Shown in pieces: positions 37,177-46,685 of a DNA stretch of 64,000 nucleotides; position 1 is the stretch's first letter, and every line of letters begins with the position of its first letter. The stretch is from NCBI GenBank assembly GCA_002269645.1, contig NIVC01002128.1:1-64000 (forward strand), written 5' to 3'. The notes under the pieces were generated by a model. It was not told the DNA's origin and ran no database searches. It was given only the letters and a program-made list of their open reading frames with translations. The DNA comes from Macrostomum lignano (lineage: Eukaryota). The translations under genes and the position numbers were made by a program.

Positions 37177-38271
37177 TGAAGTAGATCTGGTGTTGTCTCT
37201 AGGTTGTCTCGAGGTGGCCTGGTAGGTCTTTGAATCCCACCGCTGCCACCAGTGAAGTACTCGCTGTTTGCTTCCCGGATTAGGCCCTTGCGGATTACCT
37301 TAAATCTCGAGCCTCTTCAGTGGGAAGTTCTCTTAGCTCTCTCAGTAGCGTAGGTAGTGCTGCCACCAGTTCCTTCAGGTCTCGGCCTTCGGTGAGGTGA
37401 GCTTCCCGTCGGAACGAAATAATGAAGTCAACGAACACAGCACAGCGTGCAGATTTAGAGCGCAACGAATAGGGCGTCTCGTCAGCAGTACCTGCCGGGC
37501 TAGGATGGTAGAGGGAGGGCTGAGTTAGCCTCTCGTAGGCTTGGGTTGGCTTGGTCGGGTCTCAGTCAGATCAATAGAAACAGAATCAATGTACGCAAAA
37601 GCTCGGACACTCAGGACTTAGTCACACTCGAGGTTGGACAGAACAGACACTATGCAGACTCAATACCAGAAACTCCTTGACGGAAACAAGGGGGAGAGGG
37701 GTCCTATTTATAGCCGGAAAACACCCGCGCACAAGACCTCGTGACTTGTTCTATTTTTAGAACTGACGTCACTCGAGAGTCTCGGGCAGGGTACAAGCGC
37801 GCGGAAGACCTCGTGACTTGTTCTATTTTTAGAACTGACGTTACTTGAGGGTCCCCGGCAGAGTACACATGGCTGTGACTCAGTTGCTATTTTTAGCAAC
37901 ATGAGTCACTCCTCTCCTTAGAGAAGGGAGGGATCCGAAAGCATGTGACTCATCCGGTAAACAGGGCCAGCAAGTGCAGTAAACATGTTTACTGCACTTT
38001 AAGACTCAGAGAACGCAGAAACTGTCATGTGACCAGCTCACAAGACAGGGAAACAGAGACTGACGAAACAAGGACAGCCCGCAAGAGAGAAGTTGCGGGC
38101 TGAGAAACGCAGGGCAACACGAGCAGAAGGAAGGAAGGGAGCAGCAACAGACAGCCAGAAGGAGGGGAGCGGGAAGCTGACCAGCGGCAGACAGCAACCC
38201 AGGGCGAGGGCGAGGGCAAGGGCAACTGCTGACAAAGTGGGACGCCTAACCTTAACTAGCGGATCGCTACA
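37177..38271 (-). mobile_element. Nested antisense LTR element: 1019-bp LTR, tRNA-Leu PBS, ~55 bp internal sequence and a 7-bp LTR-end remnant
   Basis: 4-bp TSD ATTT. Minus strand reads TGTAGC...GTACTTCA-C-TGGTGGCAGCGGTGGGATTC...TACTTCA. Confidence 0.85.
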
Positions 38272-38694
38272 ATTTTTTTAAAATAATTTAGTATTATTAA
38301 TTTCTTTTTAGTATTATATTAATTTATTTACTATTCATTAGCGAATTTTAAAGTATTCAATATTGTACGCTTAAAATTTGTTTTACTGTGTCCTTCATAG
38401 AAATACGAGTATTGTGTTATTTAAAAGGCAGTTAAATGGCGATTTTGCAACTCTCAACTTTCGTTTGGTCTCGTGCGTGCTTTTTGATTGGTCCGCCGCG
38501 TGGTGCCTGTTCGCTATAACTTACTACCAAAAATTTAACGGCAATAGTTTAATCTTGTCAGTGAAATAAATAATACTATTAAATACAATCAATCAAAGTT
38601 CAAATATAAGACTATCTTGTTACGAAGACTCAATTCATTATTGATAGTGCATAGCCGTCAGCACCGAACAAAGAAGGGTCGCGTCACATTAATT

Positions 38695-38711
38695 TGGAGG
38701 TCCCACCGAGA
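38695..38711 (+). promoter_or_regulatory. Primer-binding site (tRNA-Gln)
   Basis: TGGAGGTCCCACCGAGA is complementary to the eukaryotic tRNA-Gln 3' end ...UCUCGGUGGGACCUCCA (recalled sequence). Confidence 0.85.
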
Positions 38712-39843
38712 CGGCTAAATTAAAATTCATCCAGTCTGCAATCAATCTGCATCGCCGACAACCATTGCCAACCATCTGCATCGCCAGCAACCACTGCTAA
38801 CCATCTGCATCGTATTCGAATGCAATCTGCAATCGGCAACAGGAAGCCAACTTGCCAGTGACATGGCCTGTACCTCAGCCGCCTATCTGCTAGCGCCACT
38901 GCAAAGTATTGAGCGTACTTGTCTGCCGATTAGGAAACCGGTCTGAACCGGTTTACACGGCGGCCAACTCTGAAACTGGACAACAACCCCCAAAGTCACG
39001 CGATCAAATCCAAGGTCATCCATCCGCAGCCAACCCAGTCAGCCAATTAGTCACGTGACAATTTTCAACATAAATTTGCCAGTCCGTCTGACCTTGAGGC
39101 CAATCAATACAAGTCAACAAATAACCCTAAGGCTTAAGTTGTTTACCAGTTTGGACCAATCCACGGCCGGCCTAATTCTGCAAAATTTTGTCAACAAGTC
39201 TGCTGAGTCATCGGGTCGTGTTTTTGTCTGTCTGCCGCCCCGCGAGCACTCTTCAATTTTTAATTGAGTTGAGAGCGCCGCACCGGTAAAGCGCCCGCTG
39301 CAGTTACAATTATTGGACACTGCCTGTGATTGCAACCTGCGCTACTGCAGTCAACAGTGCAAGGTGCAATCTGTCATCACTCATCAGCCTGCGACTTCAG
39401 CCTAGGCCTACAGCCAGCGGTGACCATCGATAACGCCGGCCAATGCTGAGCAGCGTCAGCGACCGAGACGAGTCGAGCTGGGCCTGGGACGAGTCGGGCT
39501 GAGTCGAGTCGAGCTGATTCGAGTCGAGTCGAGCCGAGCTGGGACAGACCGAACCGAGCGGTGAACCGAGTGACCTGGCGAGCGGCGAGCTCCTTCAACG
39601 GCCGGACCCGCAGTTCAGCGTCGCAGTTAAGACTGAATTCATCATTTTTGTCAAGTAGAATAGAGCCTATTGTGGCAGTAACTATAATAGGATTGCTTAC
39701 AGATTGAGACTCAATAGCTAAGTTATTTTATAAACTGCCACTTTCTCTCTCATTCTTAGCTCTTTTCTTGCTGGGTTCCCTCTTTTTTAGTTGTCTGCCA
39801 GTGTGTCTGTACTCTGTGTCTGTAATACTTAGCTGCCAAGGTC

Positions 39844-42800
39844 ATGGCAGAGTCCGAGTCGGTAGCCAAGCCAAGTACAGAGGATCCTATAGTACAGAGT
39901 GGACCTAGGACAGGCAGAAGTAGAGAGACAGAGCCAGGAGGCAGAAGTGGAGAGACAGAGCCAGGAGGTGGAAAAGGGGAGACAGAGCTAGGAGGTAGAA
40001 GTAGAAGCGAGACAGTAGGCAGTAAAATTAGATTGTCAGAGACAGCTGGTGATGACGAGGCGGAGACAGATGAAGGTGACCTGCAGGAGTGCGAGACTTC
40101 CTTGGGCGATCTGGCCAGGACTTTGGCAGAGATCCGTGACAATGTTAAGTATTCAAAGTCGAGCCCTCGGCTCAGGCCCCCAGTCGCCTATTCGCCCAAA
40201 ATGAAATTCGAAATTTGGTGGACCCAGTTCAGCCTGTACTTAGAAGCGAATAACATAGGACGTGAGCACTGGACAGCTGTTCTGCTGTCATCGTTGTCGC
40301 CAGAGTGCCAAGAGTACTTCTATAACCAGAGACTGCACGAGAAAGTTTTCGAAACCGCTGTTAAGCAGCTTAAGGGTCGGTACGGCGAACCAACGCATGT
40401 GGACCAGTTTTATATAGAGCTTACCTCCGCCCAGCAGCTGCAGTCTGAAAGTATTCAAGAATATTTCGATCGCCTTGTTAGCCTTGCTAACTCTGCGAAC
40501 TTAAGCCGCAATGAGTACGAGCCTTTAGTTAGGACGCGATTTTGCTATGGGTTAACTGACAAGTCAATCGCAGAAAAGTTAATCAATCTGCTGCAAGAGA
40601 AGCCAAGGCCGTCTCTCGAAAGACTTTTAAACAGAGCCCGAGACGCCGCCCAAACTAGGCAATTACTCAAATTAGCGGAACCGCCGAAAGTCCGTAGTGT
40701 TGAGTCAGACGAGATCCAAGCCCTGAAGGCAAGGATCAAGGAGCTTGAAAAGAAACAGTCAAATCAACAGCAAACGACAGCAAACGACAATAGACACCCT
40801 GGAGCCCAGAGTTATCAGCCACCGCAGCATGTCCTGAACTCCAGTAACAATAATCACAAGAACCGTAGGCCACCGAAGTGCTTTAGGTGTGGGGAGACAG
40901 ACCATCTGATCGCAGAGTGTCCTTATCCCAGAGAGCCAGGTGCCAGTGTGCCCCCATCGAAGTTCAGGGCCCCGCAGCCGTTCGTCGACCCAAAGGACAG
41001 AGGGAAGTCGAGCCCGAGACCGCCCAGAGAGAGGGGGGTAGTGACCCACTGGAAGGATTCCTACGGGTTCGTCCGGTCCTCCCAAATCGGAGATTCAGTT
41101 TTCGTGCACCTGTCCCAGCTAGTGCAGCCCCTGATGGACCTGGCCTTAAACCACCAGCTAGTGGGCACCCATGTGACCTTCGGCCGAGTTGCTGACGCTG
41201 GAAAGACCAGGGACCGGGCCATCAGCGTGACTGCAGATTCGGTAGACCCCAAGTGTGCGGAGGCCTCTTCCGACCTGCCCCACTACAAGGCGGGATTCTA
41301 TGTTCAGATTGAGGTCGGAGAGACGAAGACCGTGGCCCTCTTGGACCCTGGAGCCAATGCATCGCTGATTTGCCCCAAGATGAGAGACAGGCTAGTAGAG
41401 GCGGATCCCATCAATAATGTCTTCACCCCCGCCCAAATCCAGCGAACTGCGACTGGGTTCAACGGAGCCAGCTCAGAAATCCTGGGAAAGCTCGAGTGTA
41501 AGTTGAGCTTAGGCAAACTGAAGAAGCAGCATATTTTCCTAGTTATCGATGGCTCCCTGAGTGAGACGCTTTTAGGACTGGATTTCTGCAGCAGTTTCCA
41601 AATTGTCATGGACATGGCCTGTGACCGTGTGACCTGTGCAGGGGAGCATGTCCCAACCCTGCGGGGATCTAGTGACATCTGTAGCGTAAACCGTGTGGTC
41701 GCCGCTTGCGACACGGTCCTGCCGCCGCGCTCAGAAGCCCTGGTCCCAGCTAGAGCCATAGACGCCGAGAGCAACGCCCATGGGGTTGTCAGCACGAGGC
41801 TGTTCAATTCAGATTCGGCCATCGTGGTCGCTAATTCTCTAGACCAGGTCAGACCCACCAGCCACGTGTTAGTTAGGGTCCTGAATAGCAGTGAAGAAGA
41901 GATTACTGTTGCCAAGAAGCTAGGGGACGACGAGAGCGTAGTGTGCACCCGGCTAAACGAAAGCGATTTCAGCTTCGACAAGGTAGATCTGCTCAACGAC
42001 AAGCTGGCAAGACTACCCTACCCAGACCCAGGAACAGCCAAGTGGCTAATGAACCAGTTCAATTCGCAAGACTCCAACCTAACTAAGAAGCAGCTGGATA
42101 CCACCGTCAAAATGTTAAATTATTTCCTTAGTCAAATCTCTCAGTCCGAAACAGATCTAGGCAAGACCACGCTGCATGAGATGACGATTGAGCTCAAAGA
42201 CCCGAGTTGCCGCCCGATTTCCCAACCGTCCAGGCGGACAACGCCGGCCCAGAAAGAGTTTTTAGACAAGCATATTGCCCAGCTTTTAGACCAGGGAGTG
42301 GTTGAAGAGTGTGACTCTGACTGGCCTTCGCCAATTGTGCTTGTGAAAAAGAAGGACGGTACGTATCGCCTGTGCGTAGACTATCGCGCCCTAAACAAGC
42401 ACATAAAGCCGTGCTCATTTCCTCTGCCGCTGATAGAAGAGTCATTCGATAGTTTGGCTGGCTCCAACGTATTCAGCAGCTTAGATCTGACAAGCGCGTA
42501 CTGGCAAGTAGGAATCAGGGAAGCAAACCGTGATCTTACCGCGTTTTCCTGCCCTCAGGGGACTTTCCGTTGGACCGTTGTTCCCTTCGGGATAAAGACC
42601 GCCCCAGCCAGTTTCGCTAAGCTCATGCATAAGGTTTTCAGACCGCTGTTGTTGCGGGTCAGCCTGATTTACCTTGACGACATCATCATCAAAGCTAGGA
42701 ATAATGACGAGATGATATCCCACCTAGCGCTAGTTTTCTGGCAGCTTAGGAAAGCCAATTTGAAGATCAGGCCATCAAAATGTGAATTGTTCAAAGACAG

Positions 42801-44085
42801 GCTTAGGTTTCTGGGATTCGTGGTCTCCTCGAGAGGGATCGAAGCGGACCCCACCAAGACGGAAGCAGTGCGACAGTGGTGTACTCCTAGGGATAAAAAG
42901 CAGCTGTTATCCTTTCTGGGGTTTGCTAATTCTTACAGAAAGTTCGTCCCCGGGTTTTCTATCATAGCCACACCCCTGTACGCCTTAGCCAAAAGTTCGG
43001 AGAAATTTGTCTGGCGCCAAGTTCACGAGAATGCATTCCAGGAACTGAAGGCGAGCCTGTGTGAGCCACCAGTGTTGACCTACCCAGACTTGAGTCCTAG
43101 CGCGGGTACCTTCATCCTAGACTGCGACAGTTCCCTAGACGGTGTAGGAGCAGTCCTTTCCCAGCTAGACAAGAACGGTAAAGAACAGGTTATTGCCTAC
43201 GCGTCGAAGAAGTTCAGTAGTGCGCAGCGCAATTATTGTGCGACTATGAGGGAGCTGCTAGGGTTGGTTTTGATGTTAGAGCAATTTCGAACCTATCTCC
43301 TAGACCGTGAGTTCCTAGTTCGAACCGATGCCGTTGCTTTAAAGTGGTTGCACTCAAAGAAGCACGCAACCGGCATGCTAGCTCAGTGGTTGGTCACCCT
43401 GGAACCGTATACGTTTAAGGTCGACCAGACGCCCCTAGAAAGGATAGCGGAGTACGATTTCCAAGTGAACCACAGAGCCGGTCTAGATCACGTTAACGCA
43501 GACATCCTCAGTCGAAATCCCAAGTTCAGAGCAGACCATTTCGATTGCCCAACCTGCAGCTTGATCCCAGATTTCAAAGCCAAGTTCCAGAAGGGTAAAA
43601 ATTTAGCGCCATCGGAGCCTAGTGAAGTCAAAGCCAACCACATCAGCGTCGATAGTAGCACCCAGACCCTCGCCTCCACGGGTAGCCAGACCCTGGAAAC
43701 TGAGTCCCAATTTGCGGTTCCAGCGCAGGACAAGCTGGTAGTAGATTTAGCTATTCAGACTGAGCGTTTCACTGAAGTTACTGAGTTAGCCCACGGCAGC
43801 GAGCACTTAGCCGCCCCAACTCCTGTTGCGGGCACGGACACAGCTGGAAGTGAACCAGAGACCCGGTCCCCAGCTGCGGCCCATGCTGTTCAAGTGGAGG
43901 ACCCGGGTAGATCCGATTTAGCCGCCATAGACTCTGGGTCGGATAGTGAGAGTGAAGATGAGGAGGAAGCTGAGCAGAAAGAAAGAGAATGGATTCGCAG
44001 CGCGCAGGAATCGAATATTGACGTGGTGTACCTTAGAGACGCGGTAGCGGGCAGAGAGGAAAGGTTGTCCAAGCAGGAGCTTTAA
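39844..44085 (+). CDS. gag-pol: Gypsy Gag-Pol: Gag, CCHC knuckle, cold-shock domain, protease, RT, RNase H
   Basis: CFRCGETDHLIAEC (40879-40920); CSD 41029-41232; LLDPGA (41344); YLDD (42670); RNase H DCDSS...RELLG...RTD. Ends at an in-frame TAA. Confidence 0.95.
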   Translation: MAESESVAKPSTEDPIVQSGPRTGRSRETEPGGRSGETEPGGGKGETELGGRSRSETVGSKIRLSETAGDDEAETDEGDLQECETSLGDLARTLAEIRDNVKYSKSSPRLRPPVAYSPKMKFEIWWTQFSLYLEANNIGREHWTAVLLSSLSPECQEYFYNQRLHEKVFETAVKQLKGRYGEPTHVDQFYIELTSAQQLQSESIQEYFDRLVSLANSANLSRNEYEPLVRTRFCYGLTDKSIAEKLINLLQEKPRPSLERLLNRARDAAQTRQLLKLAEPPKVRSVESDEIQALKARIKELEKKQSNQQQTTANDNRHPGAQSYQPPQHVLNSSNNNHKNRRPPKCFRCGETDHLIAECPYPREPGASVPPSKFRAPQPFVDPKDRGKSSPRPPRERGVVTHWKDSYGFVRSSQIGDSVFVHLSQLVQPLMDLALNHQLVGTHVTFGRVADAGKTRDRAISVTADSVDPKCAEASSDLPHYKAGFYVQIEVGETKTVALLDPGANASLICPKMRDRLVEADPINNVFTPAQIQRTATGFNGASSEILGKLECKLSLGKLKKQHIFLVIDGSLSETLLGLDFCSSFQIVMDMACDRVTCAGEHVPTLRGSSDICSVNRVVAACDTVLPPRSEALVPARAIDAESNAHGVVSTRLFNSDSAIVVANSLDQVRPTSHVLVRVLNSSEEEITVAKKLGDDESVVCTRLNESDFSFDKVDLLNDKLARLPYPDPGTAKWLMNQFNSQDSNLTKKQLDTTVKMLNYFLSQISQSETDLGKTTLHEMTIELKDPSCRPISQPSRRTTPAQKEFLDKHIAQLLDQGVVEECDSDWPSPIVLVKKKDGTYRLCVDYRALNKHIKPCSFPLPLIEESFDSLAGSNVFSSLDLTSAYWQVGIREANRDLTAFSCPQGTFRWTVVPFGIKTAPASFAKLMHKVFRPLLLRVSLIYLDDIIIKARNNDEMISHLALVFWQLRKANLKIRPSKCELFKDRLRFLGFVVSSRGIEADPTKTEAVRQWCTPRDKKQLLSFLGFANSYRKFVPGFSIIATPLYALAKSSEKFVWRQVHENAFQELKASLCEPPVLTYPDLSPSAGTFILDCDSSLDGVGAVLSQLDKNGKEQVIAYASKKFSSAQRNYCATMRELLGLVLMLEQFRTYLLDREFLVRTDAVALKWLHSKKHATGMLAQWLVTLEPYTFKVDQTPLERIAEYDFQVNHRAGLDHVNADILSRNPKFRADHFDCPTCSLIPDFKAKFQKGKNLAPSEPSEVKANHISVDSSTQTLASTGSQTLETESQFAVPAQDKLVVDLAIQTERFTEVTELAHGSEHLAAPTPVAGTDTAGSEPETRSPAAAHAVQVEDPGRSDLAAIDSGSDSESEDEEEAEQKEREWIRSAQESNIDVVYLRDAVAGREERLSKQEL

Positions 44086-45954
44086 GGCCATAGCCGGGAG
44101 CTGAGAGCCTTATGGGCCATGTTTGGTGAGCTGTCGGTGGAAGAAAATTTACTAGTTAGAAATAGACCAGCCAAGAAAAGGAAGCCTGCCGCTAAGCTGA
44201 CTGTCATTCCGGAGAGAGCCAACATAGACGAATTAGTGACCTCTTACCACAGATTAATCAACCATTCCGGAGTCAAGAAGACATTAGGTATCCTAAAGAA
44301 GAACTTCCAAATTTTCAACCTGGAAACAGTTGTCAAGAGTGTCGTTGCCAGTTGCGAGATTTGCGCCAGAACTAAGAAAAACAAACGCAAGAACAAAGAG
44401 CCAATGTTGCCAACTCTAGCGGGATATCCGAATCAGGTTGTCCATGTAGACCATTGTTGGCCATTTCCGGAACAGGATGGATTCAGATATCTGCTTGTCA
44501 TGGTAGACAGATTTTCTGGATTCTTAGAAATCATTCCTGTGAGAGACGTAACTGCTGAGACAACCGCAGCAGCGATCCTGACGGAGTGGATTGTTCGCTA
44601 CGGCACAATGGAGCAATTGGTCTCGGACAATGGTACAGCGTTTATCAATAGCATTGTAGCCGAGTTAACCCGCTTGTTAGAAATTGACACTGTTAGAATT
44701 ACTGCCCGTCGCCCTCAGGCCAGTGGCAAAGTGGAGCGTACGATCCAAACCATCAAAAGTCAAGTCCGTGCAGTCACTGCTGAAAGGCATGTGACCTGGC
44801 CTTTTGCCGCGAGATGTGCAGGGATGAGCATCAGGTCATTAGAATCCGAGTCCACCGGCATGACGCCTGCCAAGCTTTTCTTAGGCCGTGAATTCCAGAT
44901 GCCGCTAGATTTGATGTACAACCCACCTAGGCAAGAGCGCTATGACCCAGCCAGTTATGCACACCTGCTCCACCGAACTCTAGTTGAAGCCTCTGCCACC
45001 GCCAGAGCTGTTAGGAAGAAGGCGCAGTCTAGACAGAAGAGGTACTACGATCGGTCAGTGTTTAAATCTATTTTTGAGGTAGGAGAGCTCGTGTGGGTGT
45101 TAAACCCCGACCACAAGGGCCTCGATCCTTCGGTCTGGCTTGGGCCGTACAAGGTCGCGCAGAAAATTTCAGAGAGAAATTATCGGTTAGTTCCTGAGTT
45201 AGCGTGTGAGAATCAGTTTAAAACTCCGAATCCGAGCCACAAGATTTACAATGTAGATCGTATGAAAAGGTGCATTCGCCAGTCTAGTTATCAGGATGTC
45301 GCCAATAGGTTTGGATTAGAATTGGTTGCGAGGATGCCTCATTCCTCGAGGTTGGGACAGGGTGATGAAGACTCTAGGCAGTTGAGCTGTAGTTCTGACT
45401 GCTCTGATTGGGTGTCAGGATTTGATGCGGGTCCAGTCTGTCCGGGTGAGCAGCAGACAGTTCCTCCTCCGAGCCAGCAGTCCATCCAGCATCAGAGTGC
45501 TCAGTCGGTATCTGAACCAGACACGGAGCCAGCCATAGGAACAGTAGCAGATTCGGCAACAGAGCTAGTCACGGAACCGGTTACTCAGCCAATCACAGAA
45601 CAGATCACTCAGCCAATCACGGAACAGGTTGCTGAGCCAATCACAGAGCAAGCCACTGAGCCAATCACAGAGCAAGCCATTGAGCCAATCACAGAGCAAG
45701 CCATTGAGCCAGTCACAGGACACACCGTGCAGCCACGCACGGAGCCTGCAGAAAATTTGCCAGATGAAGTCAGAACTGAAGCACAAGCGACAGAGCAACC
45801 ACAGCCTCCGGAGCCAGAAACGCAAGAACAGGGCGAACCAACTGCTCAAGGGCAGCCAGCTACCACAGTCACGAGGTCCGGGCGCCCTGTGAGGCTGCCT
45901 GTCAGGTTTCGCTCCTTGCTGACAAACTTTTTCGGTAGAGGCAGCGAGAGTTAG
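44086..45954 (+). CDS. Gypsy integrase, in the same frame as Gag-Pol beyond a single stop
   Basis: HHCC (HRLINH...CEIC); VHVD...SDNG...KVER catalytic DDE; C-terminal EPITEQAI repeats and TRSGRPVR tail. Confidence 0.92.
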   Translation, partial: GHSRELRALWAMFGELSVEENLLVRNRPAKKRKPAAKLTVIPERANIDELVTSYHRLINHSGVKKTLGILKKNFQIFNLETVVKSVVASCEICARTKKNKRKNKEPMLPTLAGYPNQVVHVDHCWPFPEQDGFRYLLVMVDRFSGFLEIIPVRDVTAETTAAAILTEWIVRYGTMEQLVSDNGTAFINSIVAELTRLLEIDTVRITARRPQASGKVERTIQTIKSQVRAVTAERHVTWPFAARCAGMSIRSLESESTGMTPAKLFLGREFQMPLDLMYNPPRQERYDPASYAHLLHRTLVEASATARAVRKKAQSRQKRYYDRSVFKSIFEVGELVWVLNPDHKGLDPSVWLGPYKVAQKISERNYRLVPELACENQFKTPNPSHKIYNVDRMKRCIRQSSYQDVANRFGLELVARMPHSSRLGQGDEDSRQLSCSSDCSDWVSGFDAGPVCPGEQQTVPPPSQQSIQHQSAQSVSEPDTEPAIGTVADSATELVTEPVTQPITEQITQPITEQVAEPITEQATEPITEQAIEPITEQAIEPVTGHTVQPRTEPAENLPDEVRTEAQATEQPQPPEPETQEQGEPTAQGQPATTVTRSGRPVRLPVRFRSLLTNFFGRGSES

Positions 45955-46672
45955 GCGTGTCGTGTGCTGTGTGACTGAGCTCTGAAGGCCTGTTAGGAGT
46001 TCTTTTAGGTTTGTGTCTTTCTCATTTAGGTTAGACTAGGTAAATTATTTTGAGCAAGCCACAATCTTCGGGATTGGGGTTTGTTCGTAGCGTAGGTTTT
46101 GTCTAGGTTTTGTCTATGGTTATGTAGGAGTTGTTGTTAATAAATAGGAGTTTTAGATAGGAGTTCAGTCTGACTGTGGCCGCTGGGGCTGCAGTCTGAG
46201 TCGGCGAGGCTGTTGCCGCACTGTTGAGACATTCGAATTCGCTGCCGGTCTTTTGAATTTGCCACCGTTGAGTTACAATTGCCGTGTGCTTAACTCTATT
46301 GGCCGTTTGGATTTTATATTTCCTTTTGACAGTTTGCCACAAAAATATTTTTAAAAATACAAAAAATATTTATTATTGAATATTGTACAGGTATATCGCT
46401 ACTAGTTATTGATCGTTCATTGTTCGAATATTGCCTTGTTTTTGCCAATGTGTTTGATTTTTGTCAATGTGTTCGATTTTTTTTTCAATGTGTTCGATTT
46501 TTTTTTCAATGTGTTCGATTTTTGTCAATGTGTTCGATTTGCTGTTGCCAACTTTCGGGGCCAATTGAGCCTAAAATTAAAATTCCGTTGTTAGCCAATA
46601 GTTAAATTTATATCTATTAACTTTAGGCTCATGTGCTTCAATACTACTGTAAGTAGCTGTATTGCTTTTTTT

Positions 46673-46685
46673 GAGGAGAGGCGAG
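46673..46685 (+). promoter_or_regulatory. Polypurine tract
   Basis: GAGGAGAGGCGAG immediately before the 3' LTR. Confidence 0.85.

Noticed and set aside
41029-41232. Bacterial contamination or horizontal cspA transfer
   Set aside because: The domain is fused in frame inside a eukaryotic LTR element and lacks the typical CspA KWFN...KGFGFI wording; its origin needs a phylogeny.
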